NCBI GenBank assembly: GCA_051294375.1
Contig: CM119265.1
Span: 6,581,489-6,645,488, forward strand
Reading direction: 5' to 3'
Length of the DNA stretch: 64,000 bases
DNA from: Paraspadella gotoi
Taxonomy: Eukaryota > Animalia > Chaetognatha
The notes under the pieces were generated by a model. The model was not told the DNA's origin. It worked only from the letters and a program-made list of their open reading frames with translations, and did no database searches. Positions 1-21,340 of this stretch are shown here, piece after piece. The stretch's first letter is position 1; each line of letters opens with the position of its first letter. Both the position numbers and the translations under genes were made by a program.

Positions 1-77
1 TAAATTATTTAATTATTAATTAATTAATTACCGATAATGATCGTGGGCTGATCCGACATTGTTTGCTCAGGCTTGTT
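1..77 (+). mobile_element. 3' end of a Helentron-associated (HINE/DINE-1-like) non-autonomous element
   Basis: Near-identical to the 3' ends at about 43800-43842 and 44690-44742 (ATCGTGGGCwGATCCGrCATTGTTTGCTCArrCTTGTT): a sub-terminal repeat plus a small stem-loop. Confidence 0.6.
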
Positions 78-765
78 CTTCATCATATTAGTAAATAAAT
101 AGGATTAATTTAATAATTATTTGTTTATTTCCGAAAAAATTGATTTTCGATGTGTTTTTTTTAATAATTTTAGCATTCACTGATCCAATTTTTAAAAAGA
201 ATATTTTTTTATATATGTAATAGCGATTTTTCATTTTGGAAGATCGAGCGATCGACGTCGTCTAAATAATCGTCGTCGACGAAACGCCACCACCACGACG
301 ACGAAAGTTCGAATCGAAGCGCGGCATCGAAATGTCGTCATCGCAGACTTGCTTGCTTAGTTTCACGGGTATAAATAAAAGGTACATTCGAAGTTAAAAG
401 TATCTGATGAACCCCAATGAATGACTTATTTTTAACAATTTGACTTCATCCATATTTGGCTGTTTTGCATCAAACTACAACGTTACATTAATGTTAAATT
501 TGGAGAAGCGAAAACATAACTATACGTAAAATCTTTTTTAAATAACTGATTCTGATCTCATCTTGGAACAATCGTCAATTACTTTTTTAAAAAACCGCAA
601 AGCCTTCTTCGAAATAAAATTTAAGTCTCCCAATAAACCCACGCAATATCACCAACGCACACTACTATTTAACAAAAGTCATTAGTTTATTTGAAAGATA
701 TTTGGGAAAGAAAAAGTCTTTAAACTTTATTAAATGGTATATGCCGTCAACAATCACGACGTAAC

Positions 766-7256
<6,491 letters not shown>

Positions 7257-7867
7257 CCACGCCCAGGACCCTTCGTTTTACCCTTTATCACGAACCGAAG
7301 GGAAAGAAACGGCGGAAGCCACGCCCAGCGGAAAATCAACGTAGAGAACGAAATGAAGAAAGTAGTAAGGGAGGTTGGGTACGTCTAGTCGTCTAGGGGG
7401 TTTTGCTCAATGTCTTAAGTGTCATTCTCATTGCGTGCATCTTGTAAATTTAGTGCAAGCCATTGATTATTATTGTATTGTGGAAATATTTATTAGTATT
7501 TGAAATAAGATATACAAAATAACAAATTTTGTATTTCTTAGATAATAGATATGAATTATAGTGGAAGAACATGATACCTGAATTTAAAAAAAGTATTTTT
7601 CTTATCTACAAAGAGGGTCTTGTTGTCAAAAACCTAAAGGCGAAAAATAATGGGACTGAGAAAGTCTAAGAGCCTCTGACAAAAACACAAGAGAAACTGA
7701 TAAGCGGAAATCTAGAAGCGAGAGTAGTGACGCCGATGTTAAGAACTCCGCGATGGAATTAGCGGTGACTACGGTTTTGGCGCCGTTAACATATCCGTTG
7801 ATAGAGTGGTCGCTGCCGTTTCAGGGCTTGAGTATTAAGTCCCTCTCAGTAAAATGCGAAAATAAAA

Positions 7868-7949
<82 letters not shown>

Positions 7950-9685
7950 TTTCTAACTTGATTGGATTGGCCTTCATTCGGATCTCTTTACCGTCGCCGT
8001 TTGAGTCATCTTAAGACGACATCTGCGGACCGAGAGACCCAAATCGTTGACGTCGATCATGCCAGATGTCTACTCTACTTTGGCCTCGCCGTAAAAGGGA
8101 GACCATTTGCCGTCGAAACTAATATTACGCCGGTAAAAGTGAGTCGTTAATGGGATAATGTGGGACTGTGGGTGAGAAAAAGTAAATAAACTTGAGTTGG
8201 TTCCCTCCTAATGGATCCATTATGTTTATCTCTAAAAAGTATGTTTTCGCTTTTAAGGGAACCAAGTTAGCAGGGGGGGTAAAAAGCTGAAAAGATAATG
8301 TTTGATCCTTTAAATTAAGCTAGTTCTGATTATATGATTATTTCCTTTATAAGAATTTTGGATAAGCTCGCCCAATTTTTTTTTTAATCGGTAAAAAGAA
8401 AATATTTTTTAAATTTATATATTTTTTAAGGGTAAGACCTAATTTTAAAAAGCTTTTTAGTTTTTATTAAATAAATTTTTAATAAAAAATAAAAAAAATA
8501 AATAAAAATTTAAAGTATTGACTGATTTTATTTAAACTTACTTTTCAAATGATTCTGTTAATTAATAAAACAGTAGTAGTAGTAAATAAATATTAATAAA
8601 TAAATAGTAAACAAAACAATAGTAAAATAAGTAATCTTATAATTTTTTATAAAACCCTTTAAAGTAATATAAATATACTTTTTAAGGGTGAATATGAATT
8701 AATTATAAATTAATTAATGGTTATTATAGTTTGTTTTTAAAAGAATAGAATTTAGGTTTATTTTATATATATATATATGTATATATAAAAATAAAAATAA
8801 ATTTATAAAAAAAAATATTAATCTTGTAAAGACTTTGTTTAACGAGTTTTAAACCTAAAATTTTAACTTTGTACAATAAAAAATAAAAATTTAGATTAAA
8901 AATATTAAAAATATTAAAAATATTTTCTGTTGCAAAAATAAAATAATGAATGATATAAATATTTAGATAGAATCAACAAATTTTTTTTCTATAATTATTA
9001 AATTTTGTTTTTTTTCTGCAAAGAAAAAATAATGATTATCATTATTCAAATTCTTTTAATGTTAGACCCTTAAGCTTATGATATCATTTTTATCACTGGG
9101 TCTCCTTACATAAAGAGATAAAAAAACAAAGAAACTTTTTGATTGTTGTTTGAGTTGATTTGCTCAAATTTATATCGATGGTTTCGGCTGGCGTCAAATC
9201 CGAAATGAACATATCGATGCCAGCGCCTAGCTCTAATTACAGAAAGAGAGAGAAAAACAGAGAGAGAGTAAAAGAAAGAGAAAGAAAAGGCGAGACCGCC
9301 AGTTTAACGCTCGTATGCGTCCTCATTAACTTCGCTCGCATTCGCTCGAACGAAAGTACATCATTGGGCGGAGTTCGTTTGTGCCATCATTCACGTCCCA
9401 ACCAACCTGGATTTCCCGGCGCGACGCGCTACGAGTTTTTCTTTCGGTCAAACTCCGACCACAATTAGTAGAGGATTCGAATCGAGAAGAGCTCGGAAAA
9501 ACATACATGTAGAAGGAAGAGGGTAACGCTTGAAATGGTTGTAGTCGAAACGAAATCCTAACGATATGAATTCGAAAGTCTCTTGGTAAAAGATTCTTAT
9601 CCTTTGCCTTTGTCACAGAATTTGTACTCTCATTAGTCTCATTCTTTAATCTTTTCACCTTGTCACTCCCCCTGAATACTTACGA

Positions 9686-9744
9686 ACATAAGAGGACATA
9701 AAGACATAAGAGGACATAAAGACATAAGAGGACATAAAGACATA
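9686..9744. repeat. 18-bp tandem repeat (ACATAAGAGGACATAAAG) x3
   Basis: Directly visible. Confidence 0.9.
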
Positions 9745-12700
9745 GAAACGCCTGTCGCCCCAAGCCGGCCGAGCGGTGCGCGGCGTCATCTCAACAATGA
9801 TTGAAGAAAAAAACAAAAGACATACAAGTTTGAGACGAACCAAGATTAACACAGGTCAAAGTTCAAAATTGGAAAAAAAGAGAGGGATAACGAATAAATT
9901 TGAGTAAGAAGAAACGGAAGTGAATATAGGATTTCGATTTTGTATATCTCTTTCGCTTAGTCGTCGTCGTCGTCGTCGTTGACTTTCACGCTTCTTTTTC
10001 TTTTCGTCAAATAAACGAGGGAGGAATTTTCAAGTAACCATTTTTCCGATGCGACTTCCGTCTTTTTTTCTCCCAACAAACATAACGCTTAATGAATTTT
10101 TTATGTTGGGCCGTTATATGCATTTTCTCGGTTTTAATTTCATTTTTTTCAAATTCTATTTTAAATTCAATTTAAAAAAAAAAATTATTCGTTATCGTTT
10201 CGTTTGCGCCTCATTGAGGGAAAATTGCTAAAAATGGCGGCTCGGTTTTAATTACGAACTCAATGAATCAAATCACCGTAAAGATAAAACAGATTTTTTG
10301 GTCCAAATGGCCGCAACGACTATCTGCCGGACAATTGAACGTCAAAAGCAAAAAGGAACGATATCATTAAAAAAAAGATAATTTTCCCTAAAAAATATTT
10401 TTAAATTTTTTTTTTATTATTGTGCTTTCGACGGTTCATAACGCGAAAATCTAAATTTTAAATTTGAATGCAGTCGCCTCGAAAGCTCCAACGCCTTTAA
10501 ACTCGACTATGACTCCAACGAAGAACTCTCGATGTCGCGTTGGTTAATTCAAACAAACAAAGATAGCGCTCAAGTCGAAAGCTAGGGCATTTGAGGAAAG
10601 ATAAAATCCCGTGAAACGTGCAACCAACACCAGCTACAAATAGTATACATTATACAAAATACATTATACAACGAGTTAAGATAAACCTTTTGATCCGTCA
10701 CGAATTGACACTTTAAAAGCAATTAGCAATTTACAACAAACCTTGAAACATTCTTATCATTATTCATTTTTCTTTTGCGACGTCAAAAAAACTTTTAACG
10801 GTCTCTCTCCCTTTTTTTAGATGGGATTTGCCCCACGGTCGTTTATCTCAATCGGAGTCGACGTTAATTGGAGGTATAATGTTCAACTCGTCGTCGTCTC
10901 GTTGCTGATTTATTTCTTGGAAGAATGTGAATTGGAAATTGAATCTCATCCTCAAGACGTCGCAGACACGCAACCAAGCAGACGGACCGGAAGTGTCAAT
11001 CGATAGCGCCAACTCTCGTCAACCGGAAATGAGGAGACGTGAGATCCGCCGACGTTGCGCCGGACGGATAGAAGGTGGCGCGACAGGGCGGTTAGAAGGC
11101 AACGCGTCAGTCGGCGAGGAGGCTTTCTTGTCAGGCGGCGAGAATTCGTTTTTCCAGGCGGCGAGGAGGCGTCGTTTCAGGCGGCGAGGAGATCTCACAC
11201 CATGCGGGGGGCGGATGGAAATAAGAGGAGCGCGTAAAGAAATGCTGTTAAAAGTTAAAAGTAAGTAAATCTTTTTTTAAAATTTTTTACATTTACATTT
11301 GTTTTTAATTGAATTCTTGTAGTGAATCGAAGAGTAAAGATTGCTTGCGTTGGGACAAAGAACGAAAAGTCGAAAACCAAACACTCTTTTTTAAAAATGA
11401 TCCGAAAATTTGGCCTGGATTCCGAAAAAAAAAAACTCACTTAAGTTTTCCTTTTTATCCCTACTTTCTTCTGTAACTTCTCCATCTCCATCTCAATCCC
11501 CCCCCCCCGCCGCCCATCCTGCCCCAACAAAACTATTAACACCGAAATAACAAGAAAACATTTGTCATCGTCATCGTCGTCTTTGTCGTCGTCGTCGCTC
11601 AATTTTGACAAAAGAAAAGAAAAGAATCGTTACCAATATTCCTTTTCCTTTTCATCCCCGTCATTGGCGATCGTCTCCCGTTTCCGATTTCAAAAGAAAA
11701 TCATTAACGATTCATGAGTCGGCGCAAGAAAGCCTCGTAACCAATGGTTATGGGCGAACACCATTTATCACTTTCATAATGGCGTCACGTCAAACGTTGA
11801 TGAGCCAAAAGCGGAATTTTTATGACGTTTCTGCGGCTTTCTTTTTGAGAGAGAGAAAAACTGTTTCGGAGCGGCAATCGCCCGATTTTATTTTGGATTT
11901 AAACTTAAATTTAAACGACGGGTAATGGTTCTTTCGATTTAGAGGTTAGAAATTTTCATTCCTTCATTCTCATTTCCTCAACCTCGTTTCTTGATTTTCG
12001 TTTACTTACTTCACCTTACCTTTTCCTCCACACTGTGGAGTCCACAGTCTCCATGAAGCGTTTTTCACTACATCTCTCCGTATTTGTTCTCGTTCGAGTA
12101 ACGAGTAAAAAGTGAAAACTGCTCCGTCCCCTGATGACTCATAGCAACGGAACAACAATTGATGTGTAGGGAAAAAGAACAGAAAGCTTTGCGAAGAAAG
12201 GCGATGATGAAGAAGAATTAGAAGAAAAGAGAGAGAATGCAAAAGGAGAAAAAGTAATAAAAGCGAAGTCAAGAAATACGAAAAACTAAGGAAGAAAGAA
12301 TAAAAAAGATGGAATGAGAAAAAAAAAACGAAGCGTTAAATCGCCATTAATCCTTCTACCGATTCGTCTCAATAAACGCCCAAAAAATGTGCTTAATTCG
12401 ACAAAAAAAGTCGTTGTTAGTCTCTGTTGGCCTCAACGACGACAACGCCGACTTTTCTGCTGCCCAGTGCCCACGGTACCGGCGCAGTTTATGATCCACA
12501 CCAGACGGGAAATATCCGGCACGGACTTGTAAACGGCGCCGGCGAGTCGACGTTGGCGCCAATCGCTTCCCCAATAAACAATTTTTAGAATTATTTAAAT
12601 ATTTTTTGAATTCAAGCTCGTCAAAAAATTATAAAAAATTTGGACTTGCTCTATTTTCTTATTTTTTTCCTCGTCATTGAAGCGAAAATAAAAACTTTAT

Positions 12701-13141
12701 AATTCAACGTCATTAGTATTCATTAATTCCAATAAACAAAGAGACGGAACTTTTCAACTAACCCTCGGCTTCGGCCGAGTCGTTAAAATTTACCTCAAAT
12801 ATCAAATAAAAAAAATATTCCGGGATCGAAATTATCGAAAATAAAGTATGGACTGTGGACTCCACAGTGTGGAGTATGGAAAGTGGGGTCTACATTCTAA
12901 ACTTGATTCGCATTCATCAATCCATAATCTCGTCTTTTTTTCTTTTTTTTTACATCTATTATCTCTTTGACTTTGTGTTATTTCTTTCTTTCGTTGTGTG
13001 ATGAGATTTAGAGAGAAAAGAATTTCTTTGTGCAATAACGACTTTTATTGTTAGTATACATACTTGTTTCGACATTTGTACAAGTCTTCTTCAGTGCTTA
13101 TTTGGTTTGTGAATAGGGAGACAAATTTTGTTTCAAAGTAA

Positions 13142-13190
<49 letters not shown>

Positions 13191-16029
13191 AGAGGAGAGA
13201 GAGAGAGAAGGAGAGAGAGAGAGAGAGAAATAAATGTTTCCACAACGAATTAAAAAAAAGGACAGTAGAGTTCAGTTTGAGGACAGGGTAAGTTTGAGCA
13301 GAGAGAGAGAGTAATGAGGAAAAGAAAATAAAATTTGGCAAATTCTTTTGTCTCTAAATCTATCATCTCATAAATTGTCAAATTTGGAAAATCCCAGGCG
13401 TCGTGTCAGCCGACGGTCAAATTGTCATCGGCCACTTCGCCTTCGCTCGTCGTCGTCGTTTCCATCGTCGTTCTCTTCCTTCTACTCGGAACCGGATGAA
13501 GGGGTTCAATTCCTTCGGCGGGTAGAACGCCAAGTGAACCGCTGGAGACTCTTATAATTCACTGGACGTCAGTTCCTCCCTCTGTCGCTTTCGCTCTCTC
13601 AATATCTTTTCTTTCCTCTTTTTTTCTTAGAAATATATTAGCCTTCGCCGTTGTCGCTATTCTCAATTCTGCTTGGGACTTCATCTACCTTTTTTTTTTC
13701 TCGAAACACAAGATCATTTCCTTCGTCGCTTACGCTGTCATCGTCACCATCGTCGTCGTCGTCGTCGTCGTGGCGGAAATTCTGATCAGCGGAAAGAAGG
13801 AACAAAACGTTAGGGAATAACAGCATTCCCGAGGCGTAAACGTCACACCGGGTCCATATCTCATCTCTCTCTCTCTCTCTCTCTTCTCCTCTTCTCTCTC
13901 TCTCTACCTCTCTCTCTCTCTCTAGCTCTCCCTCTCTCATCTCTTCTCTCTCTCTCTCTCTTTTACTGTCTTCCATCTCAATATTCTCAATATTCCACCG
14001 CGATTACTCCAGAGCCCGAGAGAAAATGGCGGTTTTATTGTTCCTACTTCTACCTTATTTTCTAGATAAAGTCTGATAGACCTCATCGGCTTTTGTCATA
14101 TCGGTCGACCCGCTCGCGCTTCAGTCGTCGTCGTCGTCGTCGTCGCCACCTTTGAAGTTTTTCTTTATTTTGTTTTTTTCTTTTTTCTAAATTTCCAATT
14201 TATGAAGAGGGCGCCAATAATGCGTAGATTCTTTGAAGAGTCCGGACAAAAGATCATCCCTATGACGACAAAAAAGATGACGTTATCGAGGGAGGATAAA
14301 TGACGGCTACCGTCAAAAATCAAAACGTCAAAATGGACAAAGAGTTTTCGGCTTGTCGCTCCTAGAGCGTCGGTTATGAACGTGACGGTCAGATAAGAGA
14401 AAATCCAATAGCTTCCAATGCGACGACGATTTATAAATGAAATGCAATACAAACGGAATGCCAACTATTTATCGTTAAAAAGGCCCAGTTTTTCGCTGAC
14501 GTATGTCAAAAACCGAGTATCGAATTGATCCGGGTTCGGATCCAGAAGGGAAATTCTTGAGAAAGATCGGAAATGAAAACTTCGAGCCTATGATAATCCC
14601 CCGCCCCCCAAGACGCGCTGATCGAAAAATCAATCACGAGACGAGAAATGAAATAGTGGGGATCAAGTTATGAATTATTCAACCATTGAACATCGAACAG
14701 AAGTGTATCATATTATTACTAAGTAGTCAACATTAAACCTATTTGATTTATTTAAAAACTCGAGAATACTGGCTATGAAATATTTTGGTATGCAATGTCC
14801 AGTTTTCCCACTCCTCACTGACCACAGTGTCTCCACTCCCCACCGTCCCCACACTCCCCAGTGTCGTGAACAAGCACACTTCTTCAGGCAAACACATACT
14901 ACTCACAAACAATTAGAATTTAGAACCAATTCCCTTTCTTTAGTGTCGTCATATAGTACCTCTATATTACCTCCAACTCTCTCAATGAGAATCTCACTCG
15001 AAAATTGCTATCAAGGGGTCGCTTGATATCCGTTTTGTCTGGACTCATTGGTTGTTACCGGAGAATCACCGAAAGCTGACTGGCTGGAAATCAAATTGAA
15101 GGTTCGTAAATCGATAATTTGTGGTCGTCGCCACGCAAAATGTTGACTCTGTTGTCGAGTGCGGCTCTAAATATTTAACGGCGCCAATTTTTGCGACATT
15201 GACGTCAGACTCGCGAGGGCGTTTGGTGGGGGTGAATATGTAAATATATCCGTCATTCTCACCTCCTTTTATCATCATCTGACGCACGCTTCCCTGCCCA
15301 TCAACCCTCGCTCGACAATAGTAACTCCGTCAACATTTGCTTTTTTTGCTTTCTCGCGGTCTTCCTGTATCACTTTTTAGTTTTCATTAATATTAAATTC
15401 CACAATTTTATACAGTAACGTTACCCCAGTTACTACATCTTTAGCCATTGTGAATTTGTGAATCGCAAAATTTTAAAGGGAGATGAGACGTTGGTAGTTA
15501 CAAAACTTGCAAATCGAATGACTTAGCGTTTTTTTATTTTTTAAAAACATTTTGTTTTTTATTTTTTCCCGATAAAGTCTGTAAAATGTTTTCATTCTTG
15601 AAACTGAAATGGTTATGTATTTGATGTTTTTGATCATCTGAAAAGGGTTATTACTTACTTATGACCGACACGAGGCTTCGTTTTTCTCTTTCTATATCTT
15701 AACAAACTTAAAAAATCTTAATCCTTCAATTATTTTCACCGCGAAACGTTAAATAATTTTCTCAACACTACGCGATATAATGAGCTTGGGTTTTAATTAT
15801 CGCTCATTTTTTTCCATTCTAAAAAAAAATCTTACGTCCCTATTTTCTTTCCCGTTGCTCCCTTCCTTTTCCATCTTGACACCCTTCCCCTTAATTACTT
15901 TTTCAATACGTGGTTCTCGGTCGAGGAGCCGTGAGGGGAGACACTTGGAAAACCGAGGTTCATAAAAGAATTTTCACTGGTGCCACACCAATGTGCAGTT
16001 GTTTTTGTTTTTGTTTTTTACTTTATACA

Positions 16030-16105
16030 CTATACACAGTATACAGTATACAGTGTATACAGTGTATACAGTGTATACAGTGTATACAGTGTATACAGTG
16101 TATAC
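16030..16105. repeat. 9-bp tandem repeat (CAGTGTATA)n
   Basis: Directly visible. Confidence 0.9.
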
Positions 16106-16560
16106 TACACAGTTATCTCCGTTGTTGTCGTATTTTGTTATTCGTCGTCGAAGGCGTTAGTCGTTGTTCCTACCTTTAACTCCTATAACAAAGAACAACA
16201 ACAACAGGACGACAACATCCGCTTTAGGAACCCAACAGTTATCCTCGTCGTCATTCTTCTTCCTCCTCATCGTCGTCCTCCTCTCGTTCCTCATCCTCGA
16301 CCTCCTCATCTTCCGCTTCTCCTTCCTCTATTTCCGTCGCCGCGGTCCATCGACGGAGTATATATAGGCTACTCCTAGACGTCAGCGCCGCTCTTTTCAG
16401 CGTCTAGCATTCTCCGGCGTCACTTTTTGGCCCATATAACTTTTCAAACGCCAACGCTTCATTTTGGCCATACTTTTTTAATAATTATTCGGGGGAGAAA
16501 CTTTTTAGCGCCCTTTTTTGCCCTCTTTTTTCCCCCTTTTTCTTGCCTAACTTTTCGAGC

Positions 16561-16764
16561 GCGGTAAAATTTTACTTTCGCCGTCCGGAGTTTTGGCGTC
16601 TTTTGAAAAACTACTTAAAATATTTATTCCAAAAAAAATATTACCTAATTACCCTAACCTTAAACCCTCTTAACCCTAACCACTATTAATCCTAAACCAA
16701 TCTTAAACCACCCTTAACCCTAAATCCCCCCTGACCCCGGTCGGCCAAAGTAAAATTATGCCGC
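16561..16764. mobile_element. Short MITE with imperfect 23-bp terminal inverted repeats and TAACCC-rich interior
   Basis: GCGGTAAAATTTTACTTTCGCCG versus the reverse complement of the right end, GCGGCATAATTTTACTTTGGCCG. Confidence 0.7.
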
Positions 16765-19700
16765 TTATTTTTTAGTCACTTTTCTAGCGTTTATTGCAGG
16801 CACTTCTTTCCACTTTGAAGCTCGTATTTCCCTTCTTTCACTTAAAGTTAATATTTTTATGAATATTTTTTTTTGAAGTTTTACTGAGTCGAATTCTTCA
16901 GGGAATCCGGATTTATATCGGTTTATGTAGTATATAGATAACTATGAGCGTTTGTTTGATTTCCATCATAGTCTGTAAAAATATCGAAAATAAATTTTAA
17001 AGTTTGGGTCCTAAACTACGTATTATTTTCCTAGTGAATAGATCACGACAAAATCGCTTTCTGGACAAATCGTTACAAAAATAAATTAACGCCCCCCTGT
17101 ACAGGTAAACCGTCCTCAGATGTCAACTCAGCGAGATTTTAATTTTCTCCCTCCTTTCTCTCTTTTCAGAATTCCCTCGTCACGTGTCCGTATATAATGT
17201 TCAGATATCCGTCTTCCTCCGGCCTCCGTTTAGTTTCTCCTCATTTTTTTCGTGGTTTTTTATCCTTTTCTTTTATAATAATCGCCTTCATAGTCGTAAC
17301 GACGTCTAGCGAGAAAAGGTAAGTCGTTTGTGATAACTATCAGTTGTTGTTGTTGTTGTTGTTATTGTTGTTGTTGTTGTTTATTGTATTTTCTTTTATC
17401 AAATTCCTTGTTTTCATTTAAAAAAAAAGTTTATTAAAAATAATTCAATTAAAATAACTTTTCGCTACTCAGTTAAACTTTATGATGATATTTTTAACTT
17501 GAAAACCCCGCACTTTAAACACAACCATTTATTTTTGCCCATTCGCTCTCTGTTTTTGTATCAATTTTTGTATCAAACAAAGATCAGAGAACCCATTCTC
17601 TAAATACGGTGACGATAGAAGTTTTTTCAGAGAGTTAAAAGTGGTCAATGAACCAAAAGTGTTGACGGCGAAAGTCAATACGCCGATAACCCACGAGAAT
17701 TTTCAGGCGGACGTGATACGGTAAACGATTTCGTTTTCCTTTCAATTCTGACCCTCGACGTGTCTCTTTCTCCGTTTCGTGTCGTCCTGTCATTCGCGGC
17801 CGACGAAACGAGCTCTCGTTTTGTCTTGGTGCGAATCAAGAACCGTTACGTGTATATATTCTTCGTGTTCGAAAGCCGCGTCTGGACTTGAATAAAGAGG
17901 GAACAGACGTGGCGTGTTTTTTATCGTCTTCTTTCTCGTTGGCACCCGTGAGGTGTGTACTGTGTAGTTACTGGTTAGTGGTGAGTATCTTTGTCGATTT
18001 TCTGGTTGATATTCTTCATTCATGAACCGAGAAAAGGCCCACAAGCACACTCGAAAAAATTCGGTTTAGTCTAGATACAAAATTACTGCACCGAAGTAGA
18101 TACAATGTTACATTAAGTATGCGGACAGCGTGGGTGCTGAGATTTGAGGGGCTTGAGGGTTCTTTCAAGGGAGTTGATGGCCATTTCTCTCTTGATAGAG
18201 CAATTAGTGACCTTTTGTTGTTGCGGACTCGAAACTGCCGACGTAGGTTTTTCCCACCAGATTCCCGTCTCCTTGCCGCATCGCAAGCCGGAACTGGAAC
18301 TCAATTTTTGCCCTAAAATTGTTTCCCTATATCAAGCGGCTAAAAATGCTAAATAACAGCGCGACGCTTTATTTCAGATGTTCGTCAATCTTTCTGTCAT
18401 CTTGTTGTGTCCTATCTTGAATCTCGAATATTATGGTCTCTCAGTACTATCTTTATTTTTAGAAAACGTTTTCGAATCGCCAACTAAACTTGTTTCTATT
18501 TTTCTCTCGTTTTTTTTTCCTTTTGCCACCTTCTTTCCGCAAAAAGAAACGATTGCACGTTGACCGGTGGCGTGGCTTCACACTGTACGAGCATGGGCGC
18601 GGCCAAAGCGCATTTTATTCGAAGTCAATTGGATAGTTTGATTGGCCCTGGGAAAAAGCGATCGCCGTCAAGATTTTCAGCCTCACGTTTGAGGCTCAGT
18701 GGCCGCCCGGATGACAGAATTTCTGACAAAAAGGCTTTATATCCTAAATTAGAAGATAGGAAGCTCTACAAAAGTATTCTGGGTGACGGTGACAGCCCAA
18801 GGACTCAGAGACAAGTCCTAAGGTAAAAAATGCCTAAAAATACTCGAGCGGAATGTGACTAAACTTGTGCGGTTAAAAATTTCGCTATAACCTTATACAA
18901 TGTATATATCATGTGCATTACAATTATTCCCTGAGAAATAGTTAAGACACATTACTCGGTATAATTTGTGAGCCCGCATGCATTCCTTTGTTTATAAAAA
19001 TTTATATACGGATAATGCCATTATTAATGGATATACATCAATATGGTGACTATTTAGGATTGGGCTTGTTTTTTAAGCTTAAAAATTTCGGAAAAACCGT
19101 ATATAATATATATATATAATCATGTGCTATTACGTGTTTAAACAAAATAAGTTTCAAAATATATTCAGCTAAGAGCTAATGGTTATTTACAGGGAATATA
19201 CTCAATTTTAAAATTTATTAAGTTTAAGAAATAAAGTTTGGAAAACCACTCTACACGGATTTTAAATGTTAGTGAAATGAAAAGATCAATTACTGTGGCT
19301 AAATTATTTATTATGGCGACTTCAAATTTTGCACCCTGGTTGACCTTTTTTATTTTTTAACTCCCAGTAGTCCAGCTTGCTCAGTTTCTCAGTTATGTGC
19401 TCATTAATTACATGGTTGAATTTATAAAAATAAGAAAAAATTTGTGTTTGAATAGCACCTTACTGTTGTAAGATATATTTTAATGAAAAAAAAGTTAAAA
19501 AATTTGGGTTTATCTTACAAATATAGACATTAAAGTATGTGTCTCAGCATTCAGTCAGCAATCAGAATGTCAAAAACTTTTTCACAAATCCTCCAACCGT
19601 TCATCAGCGGCCATTGGTGCCAGAGGCAAGTCATTCACCTCCCAACCCAAAGGCCCTGGCTTTTAGCCCGGTGGTCTCCTAGCAGTTAAGAGGGAATGAG

Positions 19701-19986
19701 AATGAGAACAGTTTTATAGAAAATCCTTAAGAAAGCATTTAACTGTTTTTAATTTTCTTTCTTGACTTTTATCATAAATATTCGAATATTCTGATGACTC
19801 TGGTTTGATGGTGGTTTGGAAGCTCAAATAGTTCAGGCGAAAACGACGACGATAACAAAGATGACGAATACAACGACGAAGACGACGACGAAGTCTTTTT
19901 ACTATATATCTTATCAGGATTTTTGCTATGAAGAAGTTTTTGACTCATTTTATGATCTGCTGAGAGTCTCTCCTCTTTCTCTCTTT

Positions 19987-20032
<46 letters not shown>

Positions 20033-21149
20033 GATTTTCACCCTGATTTTCATCTGCTTCACCCTCCTCTTATACTTTCTTTCTTACCATAGCAATGACT
20101 TGAATTTTGAATGCTAGGTTTAAAGAAATAAACCAATTTCGATATTTTGTATAGATTATTTAATAAAAACCTTAGTAATTAGGAATTAATTCTTTGAAAA
20201 AAAATTTCGGGAACAAAAATAACCTTGTGTTGTGTAGATGCTCCCTCTATTTCCAGAAGACAACACTGACTTCCCATTCCCAAAATGAGTTATTAGATAT
20301 AATGATAAGTAAAAAATTTTTAAGAAAGCAATATATATATATTTAAAGAATATAGATTAAATGGTAAATCTTTCATAAAATATAAAAATAAAAAATAAAA
20401 AATAGTGAAACAAGTAATTTGAAAATTTTCATAAAGAAAAAAGAATCCTGAAAAAAAATTGAAATTTAAAAAAAACGGTAAAGAAGATTCCGTAATCTTT
20501 TTGTTTACTCGGTTGCGAAAAATTTACCCCGTTTTATGCGTGATGCCTCACTAAACCATGAAATAAATTAATGATAATTTTTTTTCATGCTCCCAAGATA
20601 TTATACGAAATAATGAATGTAAAAGAAATTATAATATTTGTCTCATTTTTTTCACAATAAGTTTAAAATTGGATTATCAAATAAGAGGGAAAAATGCTGC
20701 AAAAAAGGTGCTGGAAGACAAGAGCACCAATTGTTCTGATGTAAAGTATTCTCAATTTGTTATATAGGAACATAAACGTCAGGGAATTTCCTAACTATTA
20801 AAAAGATCAAATATCAATAATATTGAGTCAGTTAAGAGTAATGACAAATCTTTTCATTTCACTCCGATTTGAAATCCGTTTTTATAAATAAATTATTATA
20901 ATTATATATATATCATTTTAATTGAGTTTTAAAATTAATAACATAATTCCTTAAGAATTGTTTTTATATTTCAGAAATTAAAAGAAAAAAAAAGAAAGGC
21001 TCAAAAAGCAACTAAAGTTAAGGCATTAAACAAATTAAGATGATTAGATAAACTAATATCATTACCATTTTTATACCTACTGCACGTTTTTTATTGTATT
21101 AGCTGCATGTTATTGTAGCCCGTTACTCTTCCAAGAATCAGTAGTACCT

Positions 21150-21340
21150 ATGGCACCGGAAGTAGCACGAGCTCTTCCCAACCCAAAGGACTCGGGTTCG
21201 CGCCCTGCTGATTCGTACAATAAAGCGCGTCGGGGCGTCTGACCCACCTGTAGTGACGGACTACGGCCCGATCCGGAGTTATGGACATTGTGTGCTACGG
21301 ACGGTGAACTGCTCGCGGCATCGTCTTCCATATTATTCAA
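21150..21340 (+). mobile_element. Candidate tRNA-derived SINE (related degenerate copy at about 19605-19685)
   Basis: GC island in AT-rich DNA with an A-box-like TGGCACCGGAAGTAG and a B-box GGGTTCGCGCCC. It shares CCCAACCCAAAGG with the 19605-19685 segment. Confidence 0.4.

Noticed and set aside
9686-16105. Short tandem repeats as a CRISPR-like array
   Set aside because: No unique spacers, no cas genes, and a eukaryotic context.
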